A stretch of DNA of 60,737 bases, filler included, from Platydemus manokwari (taxonomy: Eukaryota): NCBI GenBank assembly GCA_037951405.1. It is 5 parts of 5 records of this genome, joined end to end, with 100 filler letters (N's around TTAATTAATTAA, not from the genome) between each part and the next. Parts side by side here need not be neighbours in the genome. Positions count along the whole stretch, not along the records: positions 38,629 to 48,091 come from JBBMOY011246208.1; positions 48,192 to 60,737 come from JBBMOY010085565.1; 3 more parts are not named here. The stretch is one strand, 5' to 3'. Positions 40,419-54,528 of the stretch are shown here, in pieces; the stretch's first letter is position 1, and the number at the start of each line of letters is the position of its first letter. The notes beneath the pieces were generated by a model. It had not been told where the DNA came from, did no database searches, and saw only the letters and a list, made by a program, of their open reading frames with translations. A program made the translations under genes and the position numbers.

Positions 40419-41809
40419 GAAAATGCCTTACATTTATTTACTTAACCTGAAAAAAACAAGATTCCAATAACTCAAATACACAAATACTAACAGCCATGTA
40501 CAGATTTTTGGCTTTCATGGTTTTGAAAAACAAAATCTACAAAACATAAAAGATTTTTAATCAAACATTAATAAGTTTTATTGAAATTAAAAACTTATTT
40601 AAGATTTACAATATTGCTGGTATTTATATGAAATTAAAACAAAAATACAATAGTACTAAGTAGTTTCCGTCTTAAAATTTGATTTATCCGCGAGATAACA
40701 ATATTTATCTAGTGATAATTTCGTAAATCTTTATTTCAATTCTGTATATAACCACCAAATGTAACACACTCATTGTATGAATCTTGATTTATGATACATA
40801 TCATTATTGATGAATGTCTCCTTCACTCGATTCATCATGAATTATTATTTATTTTCATATTTTAAATGTGAATGATGAAATAAATTTAAACAAAATAAAT
40901 TTAAAGTCTTCATAATCCTTCACTTATTCTAATTTTCGTTTTCTTTTTCATTGAAATACAAACCGATTGTCTTTGATTTACATGCAACTAACAATTGTCG
41001 AGTGCCTCATTTATACAATTCTTTAAATTACATGTAATAAAACAACTGCAACAAAATCTACTTCGTGCAATTCTATTGTTTAGCTTAAATAATGCCTATT
41101 GTAAAATAACAAATCCAAGAAATTCAATTGTTTTCATTTCATTTTCAATCAATCAGATATTCTAATATAAAATGAGAAACCGATTATGTTAAAATGAAAT
41201 ATATTAACAAATATATAATCTTATAAATGCATTTTAAAAATCTATAAAATATATTATTGATAGTGTTAATATCGCTTTCATATGTCAATGTGATAATTGA
41301 AGATTTCCGTTTAATATTGATCAGTTTAGAAATGTAGTCCATAAATAATCTGTTTAAATATAAATTATGGTTAGATAAAAGATTTATTAACCAAGATGTT
41401 GTTGTAAAGTCAATTTTGAAATTAAATAAAAAATTATTATTAAAATTAATTAAATTAAATTCTAAGTATTATAAATAAGTTTTTTATGAAAAACCTCATT
41501 GGATTAACTTATCAAATTTACCATATGATAATAATACTACATTTTGTGGACTTAGCCTTTTTTCCAAATAATTGAAACACCGCTTTACAAATAAGCCCCA
41601 TTGATGACCTGGCGGAATATTAATTAAACCTTTCAATTTAACAGACCAATAGTTATGGAAAATTATCTACATTTAAATTATTATAACACCATGCTTTCTT
41701 TGTATGATTTACGCATATTTTAATTAGGTCTGTGATGTATTGGACGTGCTTATTTCATTGCAGTCTCATTTAATTTATTATTTTTCCTTTATGTTTATTT
41801 CTTATAAGC

Positions 41810-44800
41810 AATAAAAAGATAACTCGTTTGCATCAATATTTTATTATAATTCAAAATTACACCGTTTGTTTTTAATATTAAAAAAAATCTTATTTTTTAT
41901 CTAACTTCCCTTTCCCGTTTTTTTTGAGATACTTTTTAGCCATTCAATTCTTCGAGTTTTGGCTGTCCCTAAAAATCAAGAAAAACTTAGTGTGGACTTA
42001 TAAATTTCAAACTTTTATGTGGACCTTTATAACGATCTCCGTTCTTTTTTATCTTATGTGATTCTTTCTTCAATAAAGCCTCTTCAACTGTGAAAATTCT
42101 ACAAACTCTTTTCTCAGCATCGAATTTCTTTAAGTTTGTGGTTACTGATCTTAGCTGACTTTTCGTTTCTTTGATGACCTGGTCGTGATGGTTTGGTTCA
42201 TTTAGTCATAATACATTTGTAATTATTTGTCGTCCAAACAATATTTGAAAAGGAGTATGTTGAATTGAATTTTGATATGTTGCATTGATGATGAATTCTA
42301 TCTGCGATATTAATTTATCCCAAGCCTATTTCTCTGATGCCATCGTTGTTACCACCATGTCTTTGACCGTTCTAATCATCCTTTCAGCTAAGCCATTTAC
42401 TGATGTTGGTATGGCGAGGTAAATTTTTGTTTTATTCAAAATCGTGTTGCAACTTCTTTCATTTCCCTTCCTTCGAAGACTCTACCTCAATCAGTGAGCA
42501 TTGACTTTGGGACACCATACCTATAGATCCATTTATCGATGATGGCCTTCGAAATAGTAGTTTCGTCTTGTCGAAAAAGTGGCACCAAGCTTACTAACTA
42601 ACAGAATCTATCGACAATAACCAACAAAAATCTGGTTTTAGTCATAAATTCCCCAAAATGCACAACATCAACCACGATCCGTTCCAGAGGCGCAAACTCT
42701 TCTCTTTGAATCATAATCTCTTTAGTTCGCCCAGTGTATACCTTCCGTTTAACACAAATATTACACTTCCGTACTTCATGTTCGATGCTTCGTGACATAT
42801 TTGGCCAAAATTCAATTTTTTGAATATTGATTTCTGCTGAATTGATTTCTGTTTCTATTTTTCCTAATCATTTTCGAATGGAACCAACGACAGTATCTTC
42901 TTGTTGAATCTTTCTTAGTTCGTCATTATTTGCAATGGAATGCTCGACCACATTAATAAACCGAGATTTTGGCTTACCTTCTTTAGCATCTTGGTGCTGA
43001 GTTAAGCATTGTGAACAAATTGCTTCGCCTATCCTTGAGAGTCCATCTGCATTTCCATGATCTGATCCTTTCCGATATTGAAGTTCAAAATTGAATCCAG
43101 ATAAGTCTGCAAACCATGTTTGAAACTGAGGTCTAATTGGTTTGTTAGTTTTCTTCATGTATGTCAAGGCTTTGTGATCGATCCGAGTCACAAATTTCTT
43201 TCCCAATAAATAATGTTTAAATGCATGGTAAACTCATGGATTGCCAAAAACTCTTTACTCGTGATACAATAAACTTTTTCATGGCTGTTAAGAGTTCTCG
43301 AACCATAGGCTTCTATTCTTTTTTCAATTGTCATCCAGATGTCTTAGAACGTCTCCAATTGATCCGAAACTAATGTCGGTGTCTAAAATCATCTCTTTGT
43401 TTAGATCCGGAAAGGCTAAAATCGGAGCTATGCATAAATATTCTTTAAAGTTTTCATAACTTTCCTCATACTCTGTACTCCAATCCAATTTCTTGTCACT
43501 TTCAGTCATCCTCGCATATAAGGGAGCTGTTATTAATGCGTAATCCTTGATAAATCTTCTGTAATAATTACATAGTCCTAGGAACGACCTCAACTGACTG
43601 ATGCAACCAGGTTTAATTGCTTCCTCAATCTTCTTTACTCTATTGTCATAAGTGTGTATACCTTCTGCACTGACCACATGACCCATGGAATTTAATTTTC
43701 TAGTGCCAAAAATGCATTTCTCGGGATTGTTTTTCAAACCTGATAATGTAATAATTCCGAATACCTTGTCCAATTTCTCATTGTGTTCTTTTACTGTTCT
43801 TCCATACACTAAAATATCGTTCAGATAAACCAGAACGCCTTTGTAAATCAAGTCCTTGAAAATAGTATTCATTAGACTCTGAAACGTTGTTGGCGCAGTA
43901 CATAATCAAAAAGGTAGTCTGTTAAAACAGAACTGCCCAGTTCTAGTGCTGAACGCCGTTTTCATTTTAGAATTTTCCTCAAGTTCAACCCGATAATATC
44001 GTGGAGAAAACTGTCGCTCCATACACTGAGTCCAATAATGGTTGAATGTCAGATACCGGAAAAGAAAACTTCTCAGTCTGTTTCTTAAATTTTCTGAAGT
44101 CTATACACATCCTGATCGATCCATCTTTCTTAGGAACCAAAACCAAGGGAGAGTTCCAGGGACTTTTGCAAGTTGTTATGACATTACTTTCCAGCAGATT
44201 TTCTATCAATTCTTGAATTTTAGTTTCTAAATTTCTTGGCTGCCTTCTAGGATTTTGAGCAATAGTTTCCCCTTTTGTACGTATTTCGTACTTCACCAAA
44301 TTTGTTAATCTCAAATTGAACCAAGAAATCATAAAAATTGACCCATTTTATTTTATGCGCCTATTCAATGAAATATCATTCTTGTCAGTGCCATTTCGAT
44401 TCTGTCTTGGTCGCTGTATTTCTTTCCCACATCCCTGGTATCAATTGATTTTTTCCGTGCAAGGAATATTCCACAAGTCTTGATAATATTAACTCCTCCA
44501 ACAAATCCTCTTGAAATTTCGTTTACGACAATGATTACTAGAATTTTGTTGTTCCAAACTATTGGGATCCTTATTTTCCCTAGACACGATTTGTGCGTAT
44601 TGGAGAATTTTTAATCTGCGGCTCTCCATCGCACTTCAAATTGCTCTCGTTCATTACTGTTATTGATGCATCGGAATCCCATAACATTTCAATATGTGTA
44701 CTGTTGCACTCAATTTTACTACACTGTCTACCATCTGCTTTCTGATACATCTGTGAATGCTTCCTCTTTCTCTTGCTGTCTTCCTTCTTTACTTCTATTC

Positions 44801-45944
44801 TATTTCTAGCTGATATATGTCATTTTGACTCAACCCCACTGACGAGATATGCACAGGAGGTTGATTCCAGTTTTTATGTTTTCCATGGAGTGAGCGTATA
44901 CAATCCCTTGATTCACTTTCATTTGAATATCGGCTTTATCTTCTTCGTCATGGATGTACAATATTCTTCACGAACTGTTGTAACTAGGCTTTCTGGCTAA
45001 ATGAAATTATTGGAACGAATGTCCTTCTTTTCCGCATATCAAACATTTATTCCGCAATGGACATTCAAACTTCCGGTGTCCAAGCACATTACAGCAAAAA
45101 CAAGCACCTGTTTTCACATAATCGCCACGTGGTGTGGGTTTTCCTCTGCAATCGTTGTAGAATTTGATCTTGTTGGTCTCTCATTGTTTGGAGATTCAGT
45201 GCGATTAACTGATGCCCGATGATATTCTTTTACACCCAAATCTGTTTCCCGCACAATTGGACTTGGCATTTTGAACGACGTCTCCTTCTGAAAAGTCTTT
45301 CTTGGTTCACTTTGAAATACAGAGCAAGCATATGTCTTCTTGATGGCGTTTATGGGCTTCGTCGGAGTTAACTTCTTAAAATTGACAGCCAGCTCTCTTC
45401 TATAGTCGGACATCGCAAGGTTGATAGTAAAAGACTCTTTCAATTTCTTACTATTTAGACCTTGCAGAATAAATAATCTTGAAATCTCTTCAACGGTGTT
45501 TCATCTGGTCTTTGTTGCATTGATGCCAAATCCTGAACCTTGTCATAGACTGTTTTGGTATGTGAAAATGTTTCTAAAAACTATTTCTCAATTTCTTTAT
45601 TTGAAACAGTCTCTTTGAAACTACTGAATTCTTGCCACAGTTGTTTGGCGTCTTCTCTCAAAAGCATGTCAAATAAAATGACAGTTCCATTTGATTAAAG
45701 CATGCGAAATCTTTGGTTGTTTGGAACCATTTCTCAGCGTTTTGGATTGATGAATCGAAGAATGAGGATTCCTGAGTTTTTGTGGCAGTTTTGCAAAAAG
45801 TTTCTGCCTCTCTTCTCGTTTAGTTATAGTCAGAGCGTTAATTTCGGCGTGGTCAGCAGTAAAAAAATAACTCATATTTTATTCTAATTCAAAATTACAC
45901 CCTTGTTTTTAATATTAAAACAAATCTTATTTTTTTATCTAACT
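41810..45944 (-). mobile_element. Degenerate Ty3/Gypsy LTR retrotransposon (copy 2)
   Basis: gag CCHC knuckle (CFCCNVLGHRKFEC, ~45060-45105), RT (SPWNSPLVLVPKKDGSIRMCIDFR; YLND in place of YLDD), RNase H and integrase fragments. LTRs at 41810-41906 and 45858-45944. PPT GGGAAAGGGA at 41907-41916. PBS-like TGCTGACCACGCC. Flanks TAAGC/TAACC form an imperfect 5-bp TSD. Confidence 0.92.
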
Positions 45945-47059
45945 TAACCAATTACAAAATTTGAAACAATTAAAATCAGATCGCCAGATTTTACACAAAT
46001 GCTGTTCAATTTTGAGATGAAAATTAGTTTTTAATAGATATTTCCTACCTTTACCATATGAATACTTAATGCAGTAAACATAAATTATCATTCGTTAATA
46101 TTAAATGATTTTCAATAACATTTGTTTAACAATTCTCGTCTTCAATGAAATTTTTCCACATACAAATTTTAAATACAACTCATCTAATTAGGTGACTGAA
46201 ACTAATTACTCAAAAATATTTATTGATGCAAATAAATTCTTACCAGATAAGTTAAATAAATTCTCAAAGGGTTCATACATATCATAAATATAATCTGAAT
46301 ATATTTCTTAACATTAATCAATGAATAAGATATAAAACGATAATTTTTTAAATTCACAAATCAATAATATTTGGGCTACATTTAAGAAAATGGGTCATAA
46401 AATAAAAAAAATTAATTTCATAAGTGTATTACAAAATTCTATTTTTATTATTTTTACAAACTATCAAATCAAAAAATGCTCATACCCACTGCTAACATTT
46501 TGCGAAATCAAATGTACATTTTGCAAATTCATTGATATCGATGATTCTAATTCGTTATTGAATTTTATCGAAATCTTAGATGAATATACAACGAACAAGA
46601 AGTCAGACTGCAAGTTCAAAGTAAAGACAATTAAAAGCTGATATGAGAAATTCAAACTCTGCTCTGATTTTTCTATAGAAATTCTTAAAGAAGCAATAAC
46701 AGATCAAAATTAATGAAAGTTTTAATCTAATTTTTATTCATTTAATTATTTTAAAAAAATTATATGAAATCAATATAGTATTTTATGTCGGAATTTCTTT
46801 AATAATTCCTTTGGATTGATGTATGCTAATCTAAACTGTCAAAATAGTACCTCTACTGCATATTTTAAAAAACGCTTTGGTTTATATTTTTGTCCTTCAG
46901 TCACAAACTTAATCTGTGTTCTTAATTTTTTGTTCGAATTTGCCGGTTAATTTTTGTTTGGCTTAGGGTTGAGAGAAGTCTGACTCTGACCATATATAAG
47001 TTTAAATAAGCAACTCTTCAATATAATAAAGATAAACAGAAAAATATCCAATACATAAT

Positions 47060-47480
47060 TATTATTGGGTATATCACAAATTAATGAAGAGTTACAAGAA
47101 CCATGAATAGAACTCTAAAGAGCCTCAATACACGCTGATCAATCTTCAACCAATCAAATTCAATTTAATACAAATACATATTTAGTAAATAAGAATCGAG
47201 AGGCACATATTTGCAAATGGCAACTTGCTCAAAGATCCGCCAATGACACGAGAGAAGTGAGGAAAATTTCAAGTAGATTGATATACGAACAAATTCAGCA
47301 AATGGAAAACGAAGATCTGTGACATCAACCAGATACACCCAAAAGGTCTATAAAAGAGGTTGAGTTCCATGGATATCTGCTAATCTTTTTTAGTCGGTAA
47401 CTTGAGTGCTAAGCTTATCTTTGATTGCTTTTTTGTAATCAGTCTTTTGATTACTTTTTATTCTGTTTTAGATTTTCGGG
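47060..47480 (+). mobile_element. Solo-LTR-like repeat (family Y, copy 2, degenerate)
   Basis: GTGACATCAACCAGATACACCCAAAAGGTCTATAAAAGAGGTTGAGTTCCATG matches the reverse complement of ~16480-16535. Boundaries are approximate. Confidence 0.55.
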
Positions 47481-48790
47481 CGCAGATATCGTCTTCAATG
47501 AATTATTTTTGCGAATTCTGAAGAGTTGATAAAAAATAATAAACGTGATTAATAAATGATATAATAAAAATATGAAAACAAAGAGACAGATTATTTTAAA
47601 AAAAAAATTAAATAAATATAATTTTAATTTAACAAAGAATATATATAGATAAATTAAAATTTAAAACAATTACTCACAAATAAGAACCATTAGATCAAAT
47701 TATGATTATTCAAAGGTAATTAAACTTCATAGAACATCCGTATAGAAAACTATTGAAAAAAGATATAACCAATAAAAAATAAAAACGCACCGAGATTTCA
47801 AGACAGAATTCGAGCACGATGGAAACTAAAATGAACATTATGATCGATGAGTCAATTTTCAAAAACAAAAAATCACATCAATTTATCAATGATAGTCAAA
47901 TTCATAAGTTAACTCAAAACTTGCATTCAATGTAAAGTAAGTTTATTTTTATAAAATTTCCAGAGATATAGAAAAACATTAATTAGAGATATTTAATGAA
48001 CCAATAATGCCTTAATAATAACTGTTTGTTATAAGATTTAATAATTTTTTTTTCTTCTAAAGGATTATGCAAAGATATTTAGAATTAAAAANNNNNNNNN
48101 NNNNNNNNNNNNNNNNNNNNNNNNNNNNNNNNNNNTTAATTAATTAANNNNNNNNNNNNNNNNNNNNNNNNNNNNNNNNNNNNNNNNNNNNATTGGATAC
48201 ATAGATCCGAAACCTGTCGATGTTGTAATGAAATGAAAATTTGATCCAAATCAAATAAATCGTACAGGCGAAGATGCCACACATATATAATTTTCAAAAT
48301 TCAAATAGGGACTAGGTTCAACAATTCAGCCTTGTCTCTTTTCGACATTCTTAATAAAGTACTTTTGGTGCACGGGACTCACAGAAAAAATTATATTTAC
48401 AAAATGATATCCATTAGTAAACTAATAAGCAACAAATATTGACAATTTTTAATTAAAAAAAACCAATAATTCAAGAATTAATAATTGAGATAAAACAATA
48501 TCTGTAGATTCCTCGCCATTAAAGAAATATCTTGTCACAGAAATATATTCCCAGCCCTAAGTGTAGTCAAAGAAATTGTCGAGGAATGTTTTGAAAGCAG
48601 CAAAAATAGTAGCGGGCATCGAATACATGGTTTTTGATTGTTAGAGTTGAATTTTGATTATAAATCTAAAATTGAAATTTATGTAAAAATTTCATTAAAA
48701 TATTATTACAAATAAATTTTAATATAAAAAAACTCACGAAAAGTCATTACTTTAAAATTGGGTCAAAGGACCTTTTTTCTTAACTTAAGC

Positions 48791-49026
48791 CAGGGGTCTC
48801 CAAAGTACGGCTCGCCAAGCTTACTATGAAACACACGAACATTATGACAAAATTAAGTGATACACATATTTATGATAATCGTGGTATTTTAAATGATGTT
48901 TCAGGATAATTAATAAAAAATATTTTGGCTAATTTGAGTTTTTTGTAAACCTATTATAATTTTGGCCTTCCAAATTTTAAAAAATCAACAATGTGGCCCT
49001 TTGCTGAAAAAGTTTGGAGACCCCTG
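48791..49026. mobile_element. hAT (Charlie-like) MITE
   Basis: TIRs CAGGGGTCTCCAAA / TTTGGAGACCCCTG with internal GGCCC-type motifs. The 8-bp TSD is not preserved. Confidence 0.75.
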
Positions 49027-49054
49027 TTTTAGTGTATGGAGGAACAGTAGACTA

Positions 49055-49520
49055 ACACAATGAGAAACTGGAGAAGGTATTCAGATTGATTAGGTTTGAA
49101 AATCAATCCCGAGAAATGCACTTTTGGCACTAAAAAATTTAATTTCCTGGGTCATACGGTCAGAGCAGAAGATATAGAAACTAATAACGACAAAGTGAAG
49201 AAGATCAAGGAAGCAATAAAACCTGGTTGCATCACTCAGATTTCTCAAAGATGACGCATCAATTGACATACATAAAGAAAACTAACAAAACCATTAGCCC
49301 TCAGTTTCAAACATGGCTTGAAAACTTATCTGGATTCAATTTTGAACTTCAATATCGGAAAGGATCAGATCATGAAAATGCAGATGGACTCTAAAGGATA
49401 AGCGAAGCATTTTATTCACAATGCTGAACTCAGCACTAGGGGATAAAGAAGGTAAGCCAAAAAGTCGGTTTATTAATGTTGTCGAGCATTCAATTGCAAA
49501 TAATGACGAACTAAGAAAGT
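49055..49520 (+). mobile_element. Internally deleted Gypsy pol fragment, same family as copy 2
   Basis: Highly similar to the reverse complement of ~43600-43780 joined to ~42910-43170. Shared peptide EGKPKSRFINVVEHSIANNDELRK. Confidence 0.85.
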
Positions 49521-52203
49521 GTTTGGCACACCCCAAACCTAAATACTTTTTTGTAAACACTTTGTACATATACATATCCCGAAGAAAAACAGTTCCGAAA
49601 AAAAACATTCATAATTGAGCATATAACCCTATCAAATAACCGCAAAGCATTGAGTAAAAAAAACCTTGATTATGGATTTGGAGCTAAAGGAATCGTGCCA
49701 GAGGACGCCAGATACCCAGTACAGAGGTCGATGCAGTGAGCGTCAAACAATGAGTCTCAACAATCAGCCCTCAACTCTCCAGTTATGGCATAAACAATTA
49801 TCTGGTAACTGTGTATTCGTCTTAAATGTTAACAATTAATTTTTGCTTCTTATTATTATGTACGTTTTAAAAAAAATTGTTTTATTATTAATGTTTTGCT
49901 AAAAAGAAATAAATATTTAGCATCTGTATGGAATTTGTGTTTTCGGACGGAGCAAGTAGCAGATTGGGGGATGTGGTCCGACAAAAATAACAAAATAAAA
50001 AATATTAATAATTATAAAGAGTATACACATAAATAAATAGAGCGGAATAAAACTAAGCTATCAGAATAGATAAATAAATAACAAAAAACAGTTAAATTAA
50101 ATGAAATTAATTAATTAATTAAAATAAATAAGAAAAATATATAAATTACGAAAAGAACAAAATGGAAAAAATAAATCAGTTAAATAATTAGCTTCGTCCG
50201 TTCCACGGATTTACCTTTTAATCGCTAAGGCGAGGTACGGGATATTTGATAAAATTTTGTGTTCTCTTTTTATACTAATGGCTATATTTCCATTTCTTAA
50301 TTAATAAATATTTTGATTTGAAATTCAATATTTTGATTTCAGAACTAGTTATTATTGCACATAATCAACACGGTTATCGTTTTAACGTAGAGCGTTAATT
50401 TGTGAAGTTATTTATATCATCATAAGTTATTAACTAAGTTTGCAGGATTATTTTTGCTTTGTTATAATATTGATCAATGAACCAATTACTCTTTCATTTT
50501 ATTATAAGTTGTCAATTAAATCCAGGTTTACAACTTTCTCATTATTTTCAAGCTCAGAGCAACTTCATTTCCTCTGCGCTCAATTATTAATTTTAAACTT
50601 GAGTCATTTTCTCAGTAATTCGGTCATCATACCAGTTAAATATAAAATCAACCGCAACCAACATTATTTATTTAATAAAAGATTCAACAAGAAGATACGG
50701 TCGTTAGTTCCATTCGAAAATGGTTAGAGAAAATAGAAACATAAGTCAATTCAGAGGTCAAGAAAAGTAAATTTTTTAACAGTTTAGAGAAATATGAATT
50801 GTATAAAAAATTGTATAAAATATCATTTGTTATTAATTACTATTAAATTATTAATTAATTTAATTAACTCCCTCGTGTAGATATTTTGCAGCAACCTGCC
50901 TGCTTATGTAGTGCGTCGCATATTTCAGCATATTTTTGTGTTATTTTTTCTCTAGCTAAATTTTTTATTTTTCCGAGACAAGTCTTGTAAACAACAATTG
51001 ACTTATAAATCATTCTATAATCATATCTCTACGTATCTTAAATGATAACAATTTATTAAATATGCACGTTCAGTACCACCCATAATTGTTGTAGCGGGAA
51101 AAAGAATCCTTATCGCAACAATCAATAGTTTCTATAACCTTTAGAGATTTCAGTAAATTTCCCTGTAACTTCGTCTTCAGACGAGTTGCTAAAGCCCTCT
51201 AGGGCCAGTGCTAGCAGTGATAATAAAAACCACACAACAAATTAATATTATATTCATTTTTGGTACATTAATAACATTAGTTATTATTTGATTTGTTCTA
51301 TTTCAAATTGATTACTTTACTTTGCACCATCATTCGATTTAATTTATTTTATACAATTAATTACGACAAATTTTATTTTATGCCAAAAAGCTATTTTATA
51401 AATAACAAACATGTAGATTTTAGAAACATTTACTGACTTCCAAAAATAATCAAAACTATACAAAAATATGTTCATTACTGTAGAAATCCAATTTTTATCT
51501 ATAAAACCGTATCCAAAACATCATTTAAATAAAACAGTCAATTAACAAAAACATATGAAAAAGTCGGATGTGAGGCAATTACTCTTTGTCGCTTTAATTT
51601 TTTGACGATTATATTTCGACATCTTTATTTTCTAGTTTTCATATGAACTAACAGTCATTGGAATCTCTTCATTTTCTATTTCGTACTCGTAATATATCAC
51701 TAATTTGCCATGGTAACGTGGAAAATTGCTATAGAAAATATAAAATTAGTAATAACTCCTACAAACACCCACAATTTGAAATAGTATAAAAGAAAAAGCA
51801 ATTATCAGTCATTTGCACAAAATTTCTTCTCATATTGAAAGTAACCTGGATTTACGAGAGTCCAGTTTTCGGAATATATCATTATTATTTTCAATGAATC
51901 ATTCATTCAGTGAAAAGTTCATTTTACGCAATCATTATTCATTTTAGAATCTTCATTATTCCAAATTTCATTACAATACTGAATATTATTATTCTACATA
52001 TCGTTAACTTTTCCTCAACAATCTCCGATAGATTAGTTGAGAAGTATTAATTCACCACAAAGTCTGAACAGAATTTATTGGAGTATAAAATCATAATCTT
52101 CTTTAGTTTTCACATCTAAGTGAAAAGTCACTTAGTACCCTTTGTCGATTTTTCACTATTGAGGTTACAACAATGCTTCTTTTAAAATCACAATGCACAT
52201 TTA

Positions 52204-53555
52204 TGTTAATTAAAATGGGCGTTGGGTGGCTGCATTTTAGTTTATTTCACTGGTCCTATAAGGAGCTTCAATAACGGGTATGAAGACCTCGCTATTGGAA
52301 GATTTATAAATACGGTTATCTAAAGGTTTTTAGCCCAATGGATGGTGTTAGTCCACCTTGGTGTTGACGAAGTTGATTGAATGCGCTATAAAATTAAATA
52401 AGCCTATCAACCACCTCCGCGTAATTAAAGATTATGAAAAGGTGTCTTTGATTCTTTACATAAATTAGTTTCTTTATAAATTGATTGATTTTCGCTTAAA
52501 TTTATCAGATTAGAATCAATATCAAAAACAACTGTACTGTTATAAATATATTTTAAAAAAACAAACGGAACAAAATCGAAATTATAACAAAAAACAAATG
52601 AGCAAATAGCCGGCACTTTGCCTCAGCAAGTAGCCAGTAAAGTCCGAAGCGGACGGAAGAAAAATTTGTTAGATAATAGAGAAGCGTTAGCAAATATTAT
52701 CAATACAGTCGTAAATTAATATGACTGTCCAATATTATTGTCTGCGACTAATATATTTAAAATATTATAACCAAAATGGTAAAATGAAATTAATATATTT
52801 AACATACGATAACTAGAATGCGATGTGAATGTGCTGTGTTATTGAAAAATTATAATGATCTTAAAAATGAATGATTGTGAAGAATTATAACAATACAAAC
52901 GAATCTCTCAGAAATATGTGAAAAATGTTGTAAAAATGTCCCTCTAATGAATGTATCGTCCATGTGTTAATCGTATTCCGAATGCGTTAACCCAAAATTT
53001 TCGTCAATGTGATCCGAATTTAATTTGTTAGAGGTTCTGTTTGTTGTAGTTGTGACGGTGTCCTGGCCTCTGTGCTGGCCTTCACCTTCTATTTTTGGTA
53101 ACATCGTTACCGTCGACAATTAATTTGCATTTTTGTCGACATTCTTCACTATTTAATTACCTATTGCATTCCATAGTGTCTCCTTAATCATAATTATAAT
53201 GTACTTTTTATTAATATTTTTTTATTTATTTTTATAAATTATTATATAAATTTTTGCTATTTATTCCCTTATAAATATTATGTTTATTATTTTATTTTTG
53301 TATTTCTAACATTTGCCACTCTCTCCTCCACCTAGTTACATTATAAAAATATTTTCCATAAAAAATATTCAACATAAAAATATACACAAAAGAATATAAC
53401 ACAAGGGTAAAGTAACCGTAATCAATATCAATATAGAACAATCGATCATTGTAGCCGAATATCATCTTTGAAGCTGGCGCTATGTTTTTGTTTTATGTGT
53501 GCTACTTGTATTGCTTTTATGAACATGCAATAAATGTTAGGTGGGGATCCCAACA
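52204..53555. mobile_element. Solo-LTR-like ~1.35-kb repeat (family X, copy 2)
   Basis: TGTT...AACA ends flanked by TTTA/TTTA (possible 4-bp TSD, weak in AT-rich DNA). Homologous blocks shared with 3437-4939. Confidence 0.65.
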
Positions 53556-54528
53556 TTTATTATAATCAATAAAAGTATTATTTTTTTCTGTTATTTATTA
53601 TTTTTTTCTGTTATATTAGTAGCACGCGCCTAATTATCCATTAGTTGTCAGAACCTTGGTGGAAACATAAATGATCCGCTTTTAACTACTTAACTAGAAT
53701 TATCGGAAATTTATTATTTATTATCGGATTTAAATTTATTAGGATTACTTAATTGAATTTCATCGTATATATAGCAAAACCATTTTATGTTAAAATAAAA
53801 ATACATTGTATGAAACACCATGTCAGTCCAACTAACTGTCGAATCGATTCATTGACCGTTATCAAAGCTTGTCCTAATTGTTTTTTGGATGTTATAAAAA
53901 TCAATCATGGAATTGGTTTGTTAAATACTTATAGTGGTTAATACGATAATACATCACACATACAATTTATAAAAGTTTCAAGCCTAGTAAAATATATTTG
54001 TTTCAATAATGATTTGTATTTATCAAGAATCCTACAATTATTTGAAAATCTGACATAATTTATATGAACAATGAGCACCGGTTGTACCAATAAATGAGAC
54101 AGTTCTATTTTATTATCTAGAAATGCACTAAACGCTCATTGGCATTACAAGAGAGAAAGGGATCAGCAATGAAATGGCTATTATAAACAAAAATAAATGC
54201 ATAATTTCCAAAATCTGAAATAAACAATATTGACACAGTCATTGCAGTTAAAATTATGTTTGGGCCGTTAATTCAACATATTATGCTGGAGATATATATA
54301 TAAATCAGAAACTTATCTAATATATCGACAATGAGCTCAGTGACCTCAGAGAAAACAATAACAATATACATTGAATGTCTATTACCCATACATATACACT
54401 CTATCACACAACGCATATATTGATCTATATTTATATGCAGCACACAGATGGCCAGGTGCCAGTTGAAAAATAATATGTATATATCGATAATGCTGCCGGT
54501 ATGTTGAATGCTGACTCGATATCGATCA

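Noticed and set aside
13932-48191. Palindromic TTAATTAATTAA repeated four times
   Set aside because: It is always centred in exactly 100-nt N gaps, so it is a synthetic scaffold linker and not biology.
36330-52140. In-frame stops in gene-like relics suggesting stop-codon reassignment
   Set aside because: The four conserved genes have no internal stops and end in TAA, TGA or TAG. The relics also contain frameshifts.
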